From IMG/VR virus record IMGVR_UViG_3300020186_000001, positions 32,001 to 96,000 of that record: a DNA stretch of 64,000 nt; one strand, 5' to 3'. The translations under genes were made by a program, and so were the position numbers. Numbering within the stretch: position 1 is the stretch's first letter; each line of letters begins with the position of its first letter. Of this stretch, positions 1 to 10,859 are shown piece after piece. Under the pieces are notes generated by a model. That model had not been told where the DNA came from, did not search any database, and saw only the letters and a program-made list of their open reading frames with translations. The DNA is from a virus.

Positions 1-260
1 TTATTCCAATAAACTCTGCTGCGATGACTGCGGCAGGGATGCCAACAGATAGAATGCCAGGGTCGTCTGCGTCGGCTTCTTCCGCCACATCAGTTGCGAG
101 TCCTTCAGTTGAATTTCCATCTGCCGTGGTGGGTGACAATACCTCTGCGATCCGCGAGCTAACCAATGCAATTAAAACTAAGAATGGAACTCCGTCTGGT
201 TCGAAGATGCCATCCAACTCCTCCGTCTATAGCGGGAACAGATCTGCGGTGGGCAAATGA
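1..260 (+). CDS. 3' end of upstream tail gene (possibly tape measure or tail lysin), truncated by window
   Basis: Frame is open from position 3 to TGA at 258-260; S/A-rich; overlaps next start (ATGA); position before baseplate genes. Confidence 0.5.
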   Translation, partial: IPINSAAMTAAGMPTDRMPGSSASASSATSVASPSVEFPSAVVGDNTSAIRELTNAIKTKNGTPSGSKMPSNSSVYSGNRSAVGK

Positions 261-1984
261 CTTCAAAATCTTCAGCAAGAACTCGTGAGTCAGGATTTGG
301 CAGGTTCAAATTAGACAACCGTCGCAGCATCGCTTCAAGAAGTTGTTTCGCGAGTGTCGTTTATTTTCATTACAAGAATCAAAACCTTCTCAACGCATTC
401 ACCACCAATCGGGATCGGAATGATCCCAACGCTGATGAAATGGCGGTTGAAACCGGTATCATTGAGACGGAAATATCATCACTGCGTGTCGCAAAGTCTC
501 TAACATCTTCTTCAACATTCCAATTGACACTGTTGCCAAGTAAGAACTGGAAGCAAGTCCTTTCCCCTGGCGATTGGCTGATGATTTACATTCATGACAA
601 TAGTAGTTTGAATAAGGGTGATGAGAGCATTCAAGACACAAAGAATCTCATTATGCTTGGGAATGTAGACCGTGTTTCACGCTCTTTGCAAAAAGACAAA
701 GAGACTGACAAGACGACACTTCGTTACGTGGTCTCAGGGCGTGGCATCCAGAAGGTTTTTGAGAATACTGATATTTGGTGGAATCCTTATTTGGCCACAG
801 ATAAAGAGATGGATGTAATTTTGCGGGATGCCGGATTAGAAATACTCGGCAATCCATCAATACTGACTAATAATTTGCTTGAAGTATTTCTTGGCAGCGG
901 TGGCGAATTCGATGGTGGCAAAACGTCTGACATGGGTATGTGGCTTATACCTCCTTCGCTGGAAAGAGCTATGCGGGCACCCGTCACGTTTTCAGCCAGA
1001 TTTGATTCCAATCCCAATCCAGGTGTGTCTACTGACAGTGTGCCCGATTCGGCTCGGTTTGACGGTGTGGCCACAGCGGAGTTCCCTAGATTTTATGACA
1101 TCCTTGATATTCAAATTGAGAACCATCTTCCTGGATTTAAACAGAGGATGATGTTGACGGCCAATTCAAATGGATCGTTATTAGAACTTCTTCAGAGGTC
1201 ATCGAACTCTCTTGTCAACGAGCTTTATTTTGAAGAAGTCAGAGATAGTTCTGGATATGTTAGGCCAACAATTGTGCTTACGCCAAGACCTGTGCAGACT
1301 CCATTTTTTGAGTCGAAATCAGATGGTCTTAAGGGTCATTACAAGTCCCTTCAAGAACTCGGAGAGACAAACTTTGTTGAGATACTTCAGTCTGAGATTC
1401 TCTATGAGGATCTTGGTAGAGATGACCATTCGAGATTCAACCTTTGGTGGATGAATACTGACTCAAATATGGAGGGTGTCACCAACGCTCAGGCTGATAG
1501 GAATAAGACGACTGGTGCAATAAACCCAATTTTGTCATCAAAATCCATTCATCGCCATGGTCTAAGGAGATGGACACATCTCATGGAATTTTGTCACGCA
1601 AGCGGTGTCGGGTCTTCAACGCAGTCTGATCTTGTATTGTTCCAAGGATTTATGGAGCAGCTTTACGATATGAACGCGTTCAATCATCTATACGATTCTG
1701 GGACGATTGAATGCACCGGCATATTAGAGGCGGAGCTTGGCAAAGCTTTAATTGTCAAAGCTGATACAGCAATGGAGTCTCCTGATAAGATTTATTATAT
1801 CGAAGGCTATGAGCATTCGTGGAGTTTTCCCAGCACATGGCGAACAACATTCACACTAACTCATGGTCAATGGTTCACGACAGGAATAAATATATTTATT
1901 GATGCTGGCCGTTCCGATTATGGCAAGCTTGATGACGCACTAAGTTCGACATACGTTGCCCAAACCTTTACGAGCAAATCATGA
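257..1984 (+). CDS. Putative baseplate hub protein (T4 gp27 / P2 gpD-like)
   Basis: 575 aa; directly before spike gene; C-terminal YYIEGYEHSW...TTFTLTHG resembles hub proteins. Confidence 0.6.
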   Translation: MTSKSSARTRESGFGRFKLDNRRSIASRSCFASVVYFHYKNQNLLNAFTTNRDRNDPNADEMAVETGIIETEISSLRVAKSLTSSSTFQLTLLPSKNWKQVLSPGDWLMIYIHDNSSLNKGDESIQDTKNLIMLGNVDRVSRSLQKDKETDKTTLRYVVSGRGIQKVFENTDIWWNPYLATDKEMDVILRDAGLEILGNPSILTNNLLEVFLGSGGEFDGGKTSDMGMWLIPPSLERAMRAPVTFSARFDSNPNPGVSTDSVPDSARFDGVATAEFPRFYDILDIQIENHLPGFKQRMMLTANSNGSLLELLQRSSNSLVNELYFEEVRDSSGYVRPTIVLTPRPVQTPFFESKSDGLKGHYKSLQELGETNFVEILQSEILYEDLGRDDHSRFNLWWMNTDSNMEGVTNAQADRNKTTGAINPILSSKSIHRHGLRRWTHLMEFCHASGVGSSTQSDLVLFQGFMEQLYDMNAFNHLYDSGTIECTGILEAELGKALIVKADTAMESPDKIYYIEGYEHSWSFPSTWRTTFTLTHGQWFTTGINIFIDAGRSDYGKLDDALSSTYVAQTFTSKS

Positions 1985-3036
1985 GCAGATACACAGAAGA
2001 TGGTGGAGTTTTAAGCTCAAAGATACCTATTGGAAACAATAGAAGTGAGCATAGGACTTTGTTTGGACTCTACCGTGGTGTCATCAAAAAAGTTGTCTAT
2101 CCTGATGATCCAAAAAGTTCCAACAGAGAACGCATTGAGTACGTTGTTAGAGTCAATGGACAAGACTATCCGAACGCAGTCAATATGCGTGAAGCTGGTG
2201 GAATAAACAACTATCGTGAGCGTGTTCGCAAGCCAGCAGAGAAGGCTTCAACAGGTGAATTTGATAAAGGGACATTCGATGAGAATCTCGATGGAGAGAT
2301 TGTCTACGTCATGTTTCTTGAGGGGTATGGCAATGTTCCAATTATCGTCGGTGGAGATCAGCATCCTAGACAAGCGAAATACAAAAAGTTCAAGAAAGCA
2401 GATGGGCTTTTTGATGAGACTGAGTTTAATGGTGTTAAGTTTCAAGTGGACAAGGACTCAAACTACACCATCAGTCAAGTCGGTCGCAAAAGCAAAGAAG
2501 GAACCACCGAAAACCAGTCTGCCGTCGGGGCATTGATTCGACTCGGTGGCAAGGATGGGGATATACTTCTCAAATCTGCTAAGGTGGGATTATTTCATCT
2601 CGACAAAGACGGCTCTGTGAAAATCATCTCAGCCGATGGCTCCATCATAACATTAAATGCCAAGGATGGAAGTTTGCTAATCGTATCTAAGGATGGGAAC
2701 ACCATCGCAATGGATAGTTCGGCAATCACAATCTCTGAGAAAAAAGGTAAAAGTGTCATTTCAATCAATGACTCTCAAGTCCAGATCACAGCAGACAAGG
2801 CTATCATTCAGTCTAAAGAGGCTACGCTTAACGCTGGTGCGGTGAATCTTGGGACAGGTGCAACTTTCACGGCAGTGATCTATGAGACAATGAAGGCAAT
2901 CTTTGATGCACACATCCATGCAACGGCTGTCGGTCCTTCTGGGCCTCCACTTCCTCCAAACACTATGTCTCTCATGGAGCTTTCGCCCGTCACTTCGGCA
3001 CAGGCTAAGTACATTAAGCTGAGGGGAAATATCTAA
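1981..3036 (+). CDS. Baseplate central spike (gpV/gp45/gp138-like)
   Basis: N-terminal OB-like YRGVIKKV...VYVMFLEG...PIIVG, short beta-strand repeats, C-terminal HIH...GPSGPP apex motif. Confidence 0.8.
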   Translation: MSRYTEDGGVLSSKIPIGNNRSEHRTLFGLYRGVIKKVVYPDDPKSSNRERIEYVVRVNGQDYPNAVNMREAGGINNYRERVRKPAEKASTGEFDKGTFDENLDGEIVYVMFLEGYGNVPIIVGGDQHPRQAKYKKFKKADGLFDETEFNGVKFQVDKDSNYTISQVGRKSKEGTTENQSAVGALIRLGGKDGDILLKSAKVGLFHLDKDGSVKIISADGSIITLNAKDGSLLIVSKDGNTIAMDSSAITISEKKGKSVISINDSQVQITADKAIIQSKEATLNAGAVNLGTGATFTAVIYETMKAIFDAHIHATAVGPSGPPLPPNTMSLMELSPVTSAQAKYIKLRGNI

Positions 3037-3593
3037 TGGCGATGGACTCTGTATCAATTTGGAAAGCACAGTGGGATTTACTTCCGCTCGATCCAACTGG
3101 TTCGGCGTATCCAATCAATGTCGCCAATTTCTGTGGAGACCGCGTTGATGGCAAGATGACGGTGGCCACTCCAGTTGTGGGATCAACCAGTTTTACATTC
3201 AATAGGGCGGTCATGGCTGCCCAGATCGCTGGCTTGGTGCCATCGGTCACACCACTCGCAGGTGCAATAAAGATTGCAGACGCATGGCAATTGGCAGTCC
3301 TTGCATCGGTCTTCGTGGTCAATCCTGGAACTTTCATTGGATCAGCGGCACTCCCGACGACATGGAGTGTTATCTTTACAGCCTTGCCAATCACTGCGGC
3401 TGGGTACGTCTCTCTCATTGCAGGACTGATTGCTGCTCCCCTTGCTGGCGATCCTGGACAGAGTTCTTTCCCAGAAGAACTTCAAAAAGCGTTTAGTCTT
3501 TTGACCTACACTGTCACTGGGCTTGATAGTCAGCTACCTCCTCCGGCTGGTCCTGGTCCTCAAAGTCTTATCTACGTCACATCGGTGGTTTGA
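3036..3593 (+). CDS. Hypothetical virion/baseplate protein
   Basis: 185 aa, coupled to spike gene, A/P/G-rich. Confidence 0.6.
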   Translation: MAMDSVSIWKAQWDLLPLDPTGSAYPINVANFCGDRVDGKMTVATPVVGSTSFTFNRAVMAAQIAGLVPSVTPLAGAIKIADAWQLAVLASVFVVNPGTFIGSAALPTTWSVIFTALPITAAGYVSLIAGLIAAPLAGDPGQSSFPEELQKAFSLLTYTVTGLDSQLPPPAGPGPQSLIYVTSVV

Positions 3594-4052
3594 ATGGCAA
3601 CACTGGTCACTACATTCAAAGGTGTTGAAGATAGCAGTGGAAGCTTGTTCTTTCAGTTTCCTGTTCGTGTCCCAATTCCAGGATTACCTTCAATTCCATT
3701 TCCTCCTCCGCTTGGTTTTACATTTCCATCGCTCCCGACACTCCCTTCATTACCGGCACTGGGTTTTGATTTTGCAGTCAATCTGCCAACGCTACCAACG
3801 CTTGCACTCCCTTCGATACCATTTCCTCCTCCATTGGGTTTCACGATTCCATCGTTGCCAACGATTCCGGCATTGCCAACATTTGACTTTGATTTCGCAG
3901 TAAAGCTCCCAACACTTCCGACACTCTCATTGCCTTCGATCCCGTTTCCTCCTCCTCTCTCACTAAGTCTGCCGACACTGCCAGCATTGCCTGGCCTTCC
4001 CAGCTTCTCCATGCCTGGCGTCACTGTGACGATAAGTACGTCAATCGAGTAA
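3594..4052 (+). CDS. Proline-rich repeat protein (about 2.5-3 x 41 aa)
   Basis: Abuts previous stop; PSIPFPPPLG...LPTLPTL recurs with 123-nt period and synonymous divergence. Confidence 0.75.
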   Translation: MATLVTTFKGVEDSSGSLFFQFPVRVPIPGLPSIPFPPPLGFTFPSLPTLPSLPALGFDFAVNLPTLPTLALPSIPFPPPLGFTIPSLPTIPALPTFDFDFAVKLPTLPTLSLPSIPFPPPLSLSLPTLPALPGLPSFSMPGVTVTISTSIE

Positions 4053-4067
4053 TCCGATAGGGGCTTT

Positions 4068-5918
4068 ATGGCTTTTGGAAATATATTAAATGATGTCAAG
4101 GGCGTACTCGCCACTGTAAACAGTCTTTTTGGAGGCAGTAGCTCCCCATATCCTGATCAAATAAACGGGGTGGGAATAGACCAAATATCCAATCAGCCTG
4201 CCTACAACGACAAGAACTGGAAAGCCTCCCGTGGTTATGCCTTCAGCGTCGTTGAGGTCGATCCAAAGTCCAACGCGATCATTGGCATCAACGATGGCAA
4301 CACTGATGCTTTGAACTGGGATGAGTTCCGTCTCCAGATCAACCCACAAGAATTGTCTCAAGATGAAGTCTTCGCAATCGAAGTTACACCAACCCTTCGC
4401 GGCGTGTTGGTTGAGCATCAAGGTGTTCTGATTAAGGATATCAGTATCTCTGGAACGACTGGTGTCTCTCCAATGAGAAGAGACGGTGGAGCGTTCTCTG
4501 ATACTGGAAACCCAATCTTTCAAGTCGGCCACTCTGGTTACAAGGAATTCCATGAATTAAGAACTTATTTCAGAGCGTATGCAGAAGCTAAAAGAACTGA
4601 AGACCGCTCTGAGAGCGAGCTTCGCATGGTGTTTAAGAATTTCAAGGATAACGAATATCTTTTTGTTGAGCCTCAGAAGTTCACCATGAAGCGTTCGGCT
4701 GACAAGCCGTTTCACTATGATTATTCGATTTCTCTCAAGGGCATTGGCGTTGCGTCTGGGATTAAGCCTCCTCAGTTGGACTTCTTTGAAAAGATCAATG
4801 CAGTCCTAGAAGACATCCAAGACTACTTGGACGCGGCTGTGAAGATCATCAGAGCGTCTTCCGGCATCCTCCTTCGCTTCCAAAGAGACATCAACAGCAC
4901 ACTGCTTGGGCCTCTCTTGGCTTTGAGGCAGGCTATTGCAGCAATCAAGGGCGGCAGGGCCTTGTATTTGACTCAGCTTGGTATCACAAGAAAGATTATT
5001 GATGATTTATTAAGCAAAACAAATGACATCCGAAATAACTTCAGTGATGGCATTGGACGCAGCATGTCTCTTTACAACGAATACTCTGGAAGGACTCCCA
5101 CTATTGTGGGATCTCCTGGTAGAATCTCGACGTATCAAGAGATCCAGATCATAAACGCTTTGAACAAGGTTGAGAAAGCTCTTCTTTTAACGGCATCTCA
5201 GCAATCAAAGCTCTTTGAGCAGAACATTTTTGATCGCAACCGCACAGTGGTCGATCAGTTCAACGGCAAGTTCGCTCTTAAGAATCCAAGCTCCGTGAGA
5301 CAGGTGACTATCAAGGGTTCTGACGATATCCATACGATTGCTTCTCGCGAACTAAGAAATCCAGATCGTTTCAGAGATCTCGTGATTCTCAACAACTTAA
5401 AACCACCATATATCTCGACGACTCCTGGTGAGGGTGTTTTGTCTCCTGGCGATCCTATTTTGATACCTCAAAACACTCCAAGTCAGGGCAGCACTGGGAC
5501 TCAGAAAAACAAACAATACAATATAACGACAGGGATGACTGAGGCTCAAAAGAACCTTGGCGTTGATCTGAGACTCAATGAGGACGGTGATTTAGTTATT
5601 TCAAACACTAAAGATTTGGATTTAGTGGCTGGAATGGATAACATGTCTCAAACGCTCTCACTCAGATTGTCATTGGAGAAGGGTTCTCTCAAACGTCATA
5701 CGTTTGTAGGAACAAGTCTAGTCACAGGTCGGAAGGTTTCAGCTCAAGGTCTCAGTGATTTGAGACAGCAGATTGTAACCTCTCTTACTACTGATTCGCG
5801 TGTTCTGTCGATTCCATTCATTGAGTTAATTCAAGATGGTGGGACGACAAAAATTAATATGGTTATAGCATTAAGAAATGTTGAGCAACCAGTTCCACTT
5901 TCGCTTGCAATAGGTTAG
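4068..5918 (+). CDS. Baseplate protein: N-terminal tube-initiator-like region + LysM-like + gp25-like C-terminus
   Basis: INPQELS N-terminal motif; DDIHTIASRELRNPDRFRDLVILNNL...PGDPILIP (LysM/gpX-like); DGDLVISNTKDLDLVAGMDNMSQTL...GSL (gp25-like). Confidence 0.7.
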   Translation: MAFGNILNDVKGVLATVNSLFGGSSSPYPDQINGVGIDQISNQPAYNDKNWKASRGYAFSVVEVDPKSNAIIGINDGNTDALNWDEFRLQINPQELSQDEVFAIEVTPTLRGVLVEHQGVLIKDISISGTTGVSPMRRDGGAFSDTGNPIFQVGHSGYKEFHELRTYFRAYAEAKRTEDRSESELRMVFKNFKDNEYLFVEPQKFTMKRSADKPFHYDYSISLKGIGVASGIKPPQLDFFEKINAVLEDIQDYLDAAVKIIRASSGILLRFQRDINSTLLGPLLALRQAIAAIKGGRALYLTQLGITRKIIDDLLSKTNDIRNNFSDGIGRSMSLYNEYSGRTPTIVGSPGRISTYQEIQIINALNKVEKALLLTASQQSKLFEQNIFDRNRTVVDQFNGKFALKNPSSVRQVTIKGSDDIHTIASRELRNPDRFRDLVILNNLKPPYISTTPGEGVLSPGDPILIPQNTPSQGSTGTQKNKQYNITTGMTEAQKNLGVDLRLNEDGDLVISNTKDLDLVAGMDNMSQTLSLRLSLEKGSLKRHTFVGTSLVTGRKVSAQGLSDLRQQIVTSLTTDSRVLSIPFIELIQDGGTTKINMVIALRNVEQPVPLSLAIG

Positions 5919-5928
5919 GAGTCCGAGG

Positions 5929-8900
5929 ATGGCATTTGAGCCTAGAGTTTATCCAGAGATCATCGGAGAGATGATCAGCCGTCTTATTTCTACAACTCCG
6001 TTGACAGACATTAACTTCGGATCTGTTTTCACAACGATGCTTGAAGCTGCCGCTCAAGAAGATGATGAGCAGTATTTTCAGATGTTGGAGATCATTCGCG
6101 GCTACTCACTTGACACAACCACTGGATCGGATCTTGATGACAGGGCTTTCGAATATGGTTTAACCAGGAATGCCGCACAATTTGCGAGCACGACTGTCAC
6201 TCTTGGCGATAGTTCGATAACAAAGATTTCAACAGGGGTTTACTCAGGTCTCTCAGGTGCGGTCGCAGGAAGCGTTAAAATCAACGGTGATTCGGCTGCG
6301 AGCTTCCCTGTGTCTGGAAGCATCATTGTTGGCAGGAACACTCCCAATGTAGAGACAGTCCTTTACTCTTCGATCACTGATAATGGTAACTACGTCACAT
6401 TCAATCTTTCATCATCTCTTGCCAACGATCACGGGACAGATGAAACGATCATTTATTCTCAGGGTGGCAATAGAACCATTGGTATTGGGGTGACTGTAAT
6501 CGTTCCAGCGTCAGATCTAAGTCCTCTGATAAGCTTTAGCCTCAGCACTGCTGCAATCATCTTGGATGGTGAATCAGAGATCACTGGTATTGTAGCTGTG
6601 GCGACTGTTGCTGGAAGCTCTGCGAATGTCCCAGTTGGATCTATTTCACAGTTCTCTTCGCTCCCATTCTCTACTGCGACTGTTACAAACCCTCAAAGGG
6701 TTACAAATGGCAAGGACATTGAAACGGATCAAGAGCTTCGAGATCGGATCAAGTCTCACATCCAAAGTCTTTCTCGTGGAACTGGCAAATCCATTATCAC
6801 TGGTATTACTGGCATCACTTCTGATTCAGAGAATAAGCGGGTTGTGTCGGCATCCCTCATCGAGCCAACAGTCCCAGCAGATGTTGTAAAACTGTTCATT
6901 GATGATGGCACTGGCTTTATTCCAAGCCTTGCCCATGTCGGATACGAGGAAATCGTATCTTCTGCAACAGGTGGAGAGAAGTACCTCAAGACTACGAACT
7001 TCCCACTAGTCAAAGCCTTCGTTGAAACTCAAAGCGAAGAGCCTTTCAATATTGTTCTTAATGACACAATATTCGTTGAAGTCGGTGGCAAAGTCGAAAC
7101 AATCACCTTCGCTCTTGGTGATTTTGTCACATCCGGTCAAGTGAAGGCTCAAGAGGTCTTAAAGAAGATCAACGTCTCGGCTGCTGCCTTTGAGGCTCGC
7201 GTCTCTTCTGGTGGATCTAAAGTCAGAATCTTCTCAAGATCAAATACTGATGAGCAGATCAGAGTGACAGGTGGAACGGCCAACGCTGCTCTAGCTTTTC
7301 CTACAGACACAAAGCACACCGCACGTCTCTACCTTGAGAGAAGCAATGCCCTAAGCCTTCTTAGCAAGGACGGAACAACGGCAAGCATCGAGTCTGGAAC
7401 CGCTGAGGGGTATGATTTCTCTGCGATAGATCATGATCTTTGCCTTGTTCTTGATGGCAGAGTTATGAATCCTCTTTATGCGTTCTTTATAGCTTCTGAT
7501 TTTGCGAACCCAGCTTCAGCGACAGCCACAGAGGTTTCTGATATTATCAATACTCAGGTGGGTGGATTATTCGCTGCAACGAGTTCTAACGATACTCGTG
7601 TAACGCTGGTCTCAAATATCAAGAGATCTTCAAGTTCTAAGATCAGGATTATTGAGAACTTCGATAGTGCTTTTAGATTCAATGGTGCCTACTCAGACAT
7701 CACGGCAAATGTGAAATCCTCGTCAACGGACTCCCAGGTATTCGTCTCAAATGGAGATACTCTCTACTTAGGACATCTTGATGTTCCATTCCAAACGATT
7801 TATTTCAATCCTGCGATTCCAGCGTCGGCTCAAATGGTCTACACGGCGGAGTTCTATGATGGAGTCGTCTGGCAGACGTTTGATCCTTATGATGGCACCT
7901 TGGGGTTCACTCAGGCGGGTCATTTACAATTTAGAATTCCCCACACTTGGCAAAAGACGCTGGTAAACGGTGTGACTGCTTATTGGGTTAGGTTGACTAG
8001 AAATGATGCTGGACTAGTGACTCCTCCAACAGAGAGTCGCATCAGGATTTGTTCTGCAAACGAGATTCTTGAATTCTCTGAGACAGAGATTCTTGGATCA
8101 AACAAAGACTACACACTGAATAGATTTGTTGGGCAAATTGAACTTGAGACTCCACTTCAAGCCACTGATCGTCTGACAATGGGATCGTATGATACGAGAG
8201 CTTCAGTGGTCTCCACTGGTGGGACTTTCAACCTATCCGGTGGCGAGGCACTCTCGGTTATTGTCGATGGTGTTTCAATCAACGTGATATTCCAGGTTGG
8301 TGATTTCGCAGTTGGTGGTGCTGCCACTGTCACAGAAGTTATCACAAGAATCAATACATCGCTTCCTGGTGCAACGGCTGTCGCAGTTGACTCTGGCACC
8401 AAGGTTAAGCTGTATGTGAATAAAATGGATGGGACTCTCCAAGTCGCTGGTGGAACTGCGAATGTCGCATTGATCTTTAATACTGATCTGCATACATCCT
8501 TGACTTCGCACGTTCCCTCTTTAGAATCCGCGACTGCTGAACCGTATGTCTTCAATCCAGGCAACACGGTCATCGTCGTTATAGACGGCAACGCTGCGAA
8601 TAACTTCACGCTACCATGTGGCAAGACTGGAACTCTGACCGGAGTCACATCTCCATCTTTAGTCGCAGACATTGGATTGATCAGCATATTCCCGAATTCA
8701 ACTGATCTACCTACATTTGATTTTCTTTTGACATCAAGATATGAACGAACGATCCAGGACATTCAATACATCAGCGATAACGTGAACAGGGCTTTTGTTT
8801 CTATCGAATATCTGACTGGCGGAACGGCTGGCCTTGAGATCGTAACGGTCACTGGAGCGGTGATCCAAATCGTTATTCAAAGTGGTGTATCGACTGCAAC

Positions 8901-9714
8901 ACAGATCAAAACAGCGTTCGATCTTGTCTCTGCGGCAACAGCACTCGCTTCTGCGACGATCACTGGAGTCGGTGGCAACGCTCAAACTGCGGTTGCGGCT
9001 ACGCTGTTGGCATCACCGCGTCGTGCTATCACGGCATACGCTCCACTGTCTGGAGGCTTGACTCTCGCGTCCTCTCTTCCATTCACACCTCTTTTGACAG
9101 ACACATACGAAATTAGTCCAACAAACGCAGATCAGGTCGTTCAAATTTGGAACAACAAGCAGATCACTTTAATATCCACTAAGGCAGATGTTCAGACATC
9201 AAGCGGCGGATTAAAAGTTCAGATAGCTTCCAAGGTCGCCGGAGAGGGTGCATCTGTGCAGGTGACAGGTGGAACTGGCAACGCGGCCCTTGCCTTCTCC
9301 GTGATCGCTGTGATTGGCGTAGACGGATACCGACACTTCACAGGTCTGGCTCAATTGACTCAGTGGAGTGTTGACGGACGTGATGACGATCAGGAGAACT
9401 ACCCTGGAATCAGGGCGGCTGGTGTCCAAGTTGAAGTAGCAGAGCCGGTCAAAGTCCCTGTGACAATCTCATTGACAATAACGACTCGCGAAGGTGTGTC
9501 GCTTTCTTCAATAACAAACGACTTGAAATCGGCAGTCTCCTCCTACGTCAATAACTTGAATGTAGGTGCTGACGTGATTCTTTCCGATATCATTGTTGCG
9601 GTTAAGGGTGTTTCAGGTGTGTTCGATGCAAAGATAACTTTGCCAATTGCGAATATCGCGATAGCCGACTCAGAATTGGCTCGCATCAACGAGAGTGACA
9701 TCATCATTGGGTGA
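5929..9714 (+). CDS. Baseplate J-like wedge protein with large internal insertion
   Basis: TGSDLDDRAFEYGLTR, NGKDIETDQELRDRI...LSRGT and C-terminal YVNNLNVGADV...VKGVSGV motifs; 1261 aa. Confidence 0.9.
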   Translation: MAFEPRVYPEIIGEMISRLISTTPLTDINFGSVFTTMLEAAAQEDDEQYFQMLEIIRGYSLDTTTGSDLDDRAFEYGLTRNAAQFASTTVTLGDSSITKISTGVYSGLSGAVAGSVKINGDSAASFPVSGSIIVGRNTPNVETVLYSSITDNGNYVTFNLSSSLANDHGTDETIIYSQGGNRTIGIGVTVIVPASDLSPLISFSLSTAAIILDGESEITGIVAVATVAGSSANVPVGSISQFSSLPFSTATVTNPQRVTNGKDIETDQELRDRIKSHIQSLSRGTGKSIITGITGITSDSENKRVVSASLIEPTVPADVVKLFIDDGTGFIPSLAHVGYEEIVSSATGGEKYLKTTNFPLVKAFVETQSEEPFNIVLNDTIFVEVGGKVETITFALGDFVTSGQVKAQEVLKKINVSAAAFEARVSSGGSKVRIFSRSNTDEQIRVTGGTANAALAFPTDTKHTARLYLERSNALSLLSKDGTTASIESGTAEGYDFSAIDHDLCLVLDGRVMNPLYAFFIASDFANPASATATEVSDIINTQVGGLFAATSSNDTRVTLVSNIKRSSSSKIRIIENFDSAFRFNGAYSDITANVKSSSTDSQVFVSNGDTLYLGHLDVPFQTIYFNPAIPASAQMVYTAEFYDGVVWQTFDPYDGTLGFTQAGHLQFRIPHTWQKTLVNGVTAYWVRLTRNDAGLVTPPTESRIRICSANEILEFSETEILGSNKDYTLNRFVGQIELETPLQATDRLTMGSYDTRASVVSTGGTFNLSGGEALSVIVDGVSINVIFQVGDFAVGGAATVTEVITRINTSLPGATAVAVDSGTKVKLYVNKMDGTLQVAGGTANVALIFNTDLHTSLTSHVPSLESATAEPYVFNPGNTVIVVIDGNAANNFTLPCGKTGTLTGVTSPSLVADIGLISIFPNSTDLPTFDFLLTSRYERTIQDIQYISDNVNRAFVSIEYLTGGTAGLEIVTVTGAVIQIVIQSGVSTATQIKTAFDLVSAATALASATITGVGGNAQTAVAATLLASPRRAITAYAPLSGGLTLASSLPFTPLLTDTYEISPTNADQVVQIWNNKQITLISTKADVQTSSGGLKVQIASKVAGEGASVQVTGGTGNAALAFSVIAVIGVDGYRHFTGLAQLTQWSVDGRDDDQENYPGIRAAGVQVEVAEPVKVPVTISLTITTREGVSLSSITNDLKSAVSSYVNNLNVGADVILSDIIVAVKGVSGVFDAKITLPIANIAIADSELARINESDIIIG

Positions 9715-9717
9715 TAA

Positions 9718-10836
9718 ATGAGCAAGTTAGAGAAAATGTCGCGATTTCTTCCTGGGCTTTATCGTCCAACGATAAACCCGTATGTGAAGGGGTTGCTGTA
9801 TTCTTGGGCTGAAGAAGATGACCTTGTTGCAGAACAGGTCCAAGAGGCGAAGCATCAGATCTATGTGAAGTACGCTGAGAAGGGCTATTTGGACTCTCTT
9901 GGATCAAATGTAGGTGTGTTTCGACCACCGGCAGTGAACCTGAGCGATGATCAATTTCGAGCCTTAATTCCGGCACTGAGCTTTGATCCAAAGCAGGTCA
10001 GACCTACGATCATCAAAGTCCTTGAGGCTTTCTTTGGTGCGAACAATCCTCGCGTCAAAATCATTGAGGTCAATCCCAACCAGATCATTATCCAAATCCC
10101 AAGTTCTGTTCCAGCCTTAAGGCGTTCTCTTAGGGGTTCTGGCCATCTTAGCAACAACGCTGGAACGATTACAGCGGTAGACAATATCCTGAAACGTGTG
10201 ACCATCACGGCCTACGGTGCAAAATCGTTCATTACAGATGAACTTAGAAACGCAGATTTCGCTCAGGGGCTGTATTCTATCCCGATACTATCCAGCTCGG
10301 CTGGCAATAGCGGGGTGATCGTCCAACTGCCAGCGTCCTATAACCTGTCGTCTCTCGTAGTCGGTCAAGCCTTTACTACGACCAATCTCCCTGGCCTTCA
10401 GGGAAGTTTTATTCCAGACAAGACGAAAGCATTCAGTGTGACGCGGTTTCGCGGTACAATAGGACAAAACATAAGTGCTGGGAGTATTTACCCAAATCTT
10501 CTCATGACAGACGCTTCTGGAATACCGGATGCACCTGGAAGGCTGACTTTCAACTTTGGAAGAAATAATGAGGAAGCGGATATCAAATACTTCGGCAGAC
10601 CAAATAACACCTCTCTTTTGATTGATCCGGCCTATGTGTTTCAGAAGGATCATTCGATAGGGGAACTGGTCAATGTAATAGTTAAGCCATACAATCAGCC
10701 TAGAATTAATGGCCAAGATTTATCTGTTTATTTAGTTGGAGTAACAGCCGCAAGGGTTTTAGCACAAGACATCGTAAAATCCGTAGTTGCGTCTGGAGTT
10801 GTAATTAGTTGGAGAGTGGTCGATCCGGTGTGTTGA
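9718..10836 (+). CDS. Baseplate wedge subunit (P2 gpI-like)
   Basis: Follows J; YLDSLGSNVGVFRP...LSDDQFRALI motif. Confidence 0.7.
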   Translation: MSKLEKMSRFLPGLYRPTINPYVKGLLYSWAEEDDLVAEQVQEAKHQIYVKYAEKGYLDSLGSNVGVFRPPAVNLSDDQFRALIPALSFDPKQVRPTIIKVLEAFFGANNPRVKIIEVNPNQIIIQIPSSVPALRRSLRGSGHLSNNAGTITAVDNILKRVTITAYGAKSFITDELRNADFAQGLYSIPILSSSAGNSGVIVQLPASYNLSSLVVGQAFTTTNLPGLQGSFIPDKTKAFSVTRFRGTIGQNISAGSIYPNLLMTDASGIPDAPGRLTFNFGRNNEEADIKYFGRPNNTSLLIDPAYVFQKDHSIGELVNVIVKPYNQPRINGQDLSVYLVGVTAARVLAQDIVKSVVASGVVISWRVVDPVC

Positions 10837-10859
10837 TCACTGTTAGATGAGGTGTAGCT

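Noticed and set aside
3653-4114. Gly-rich antisense ORF (likewise 26476-27108, 52472-53035, 8157-8762)
   Set aside because: Shadow frames of low-complexity or biased sense genes, running against operon direction.
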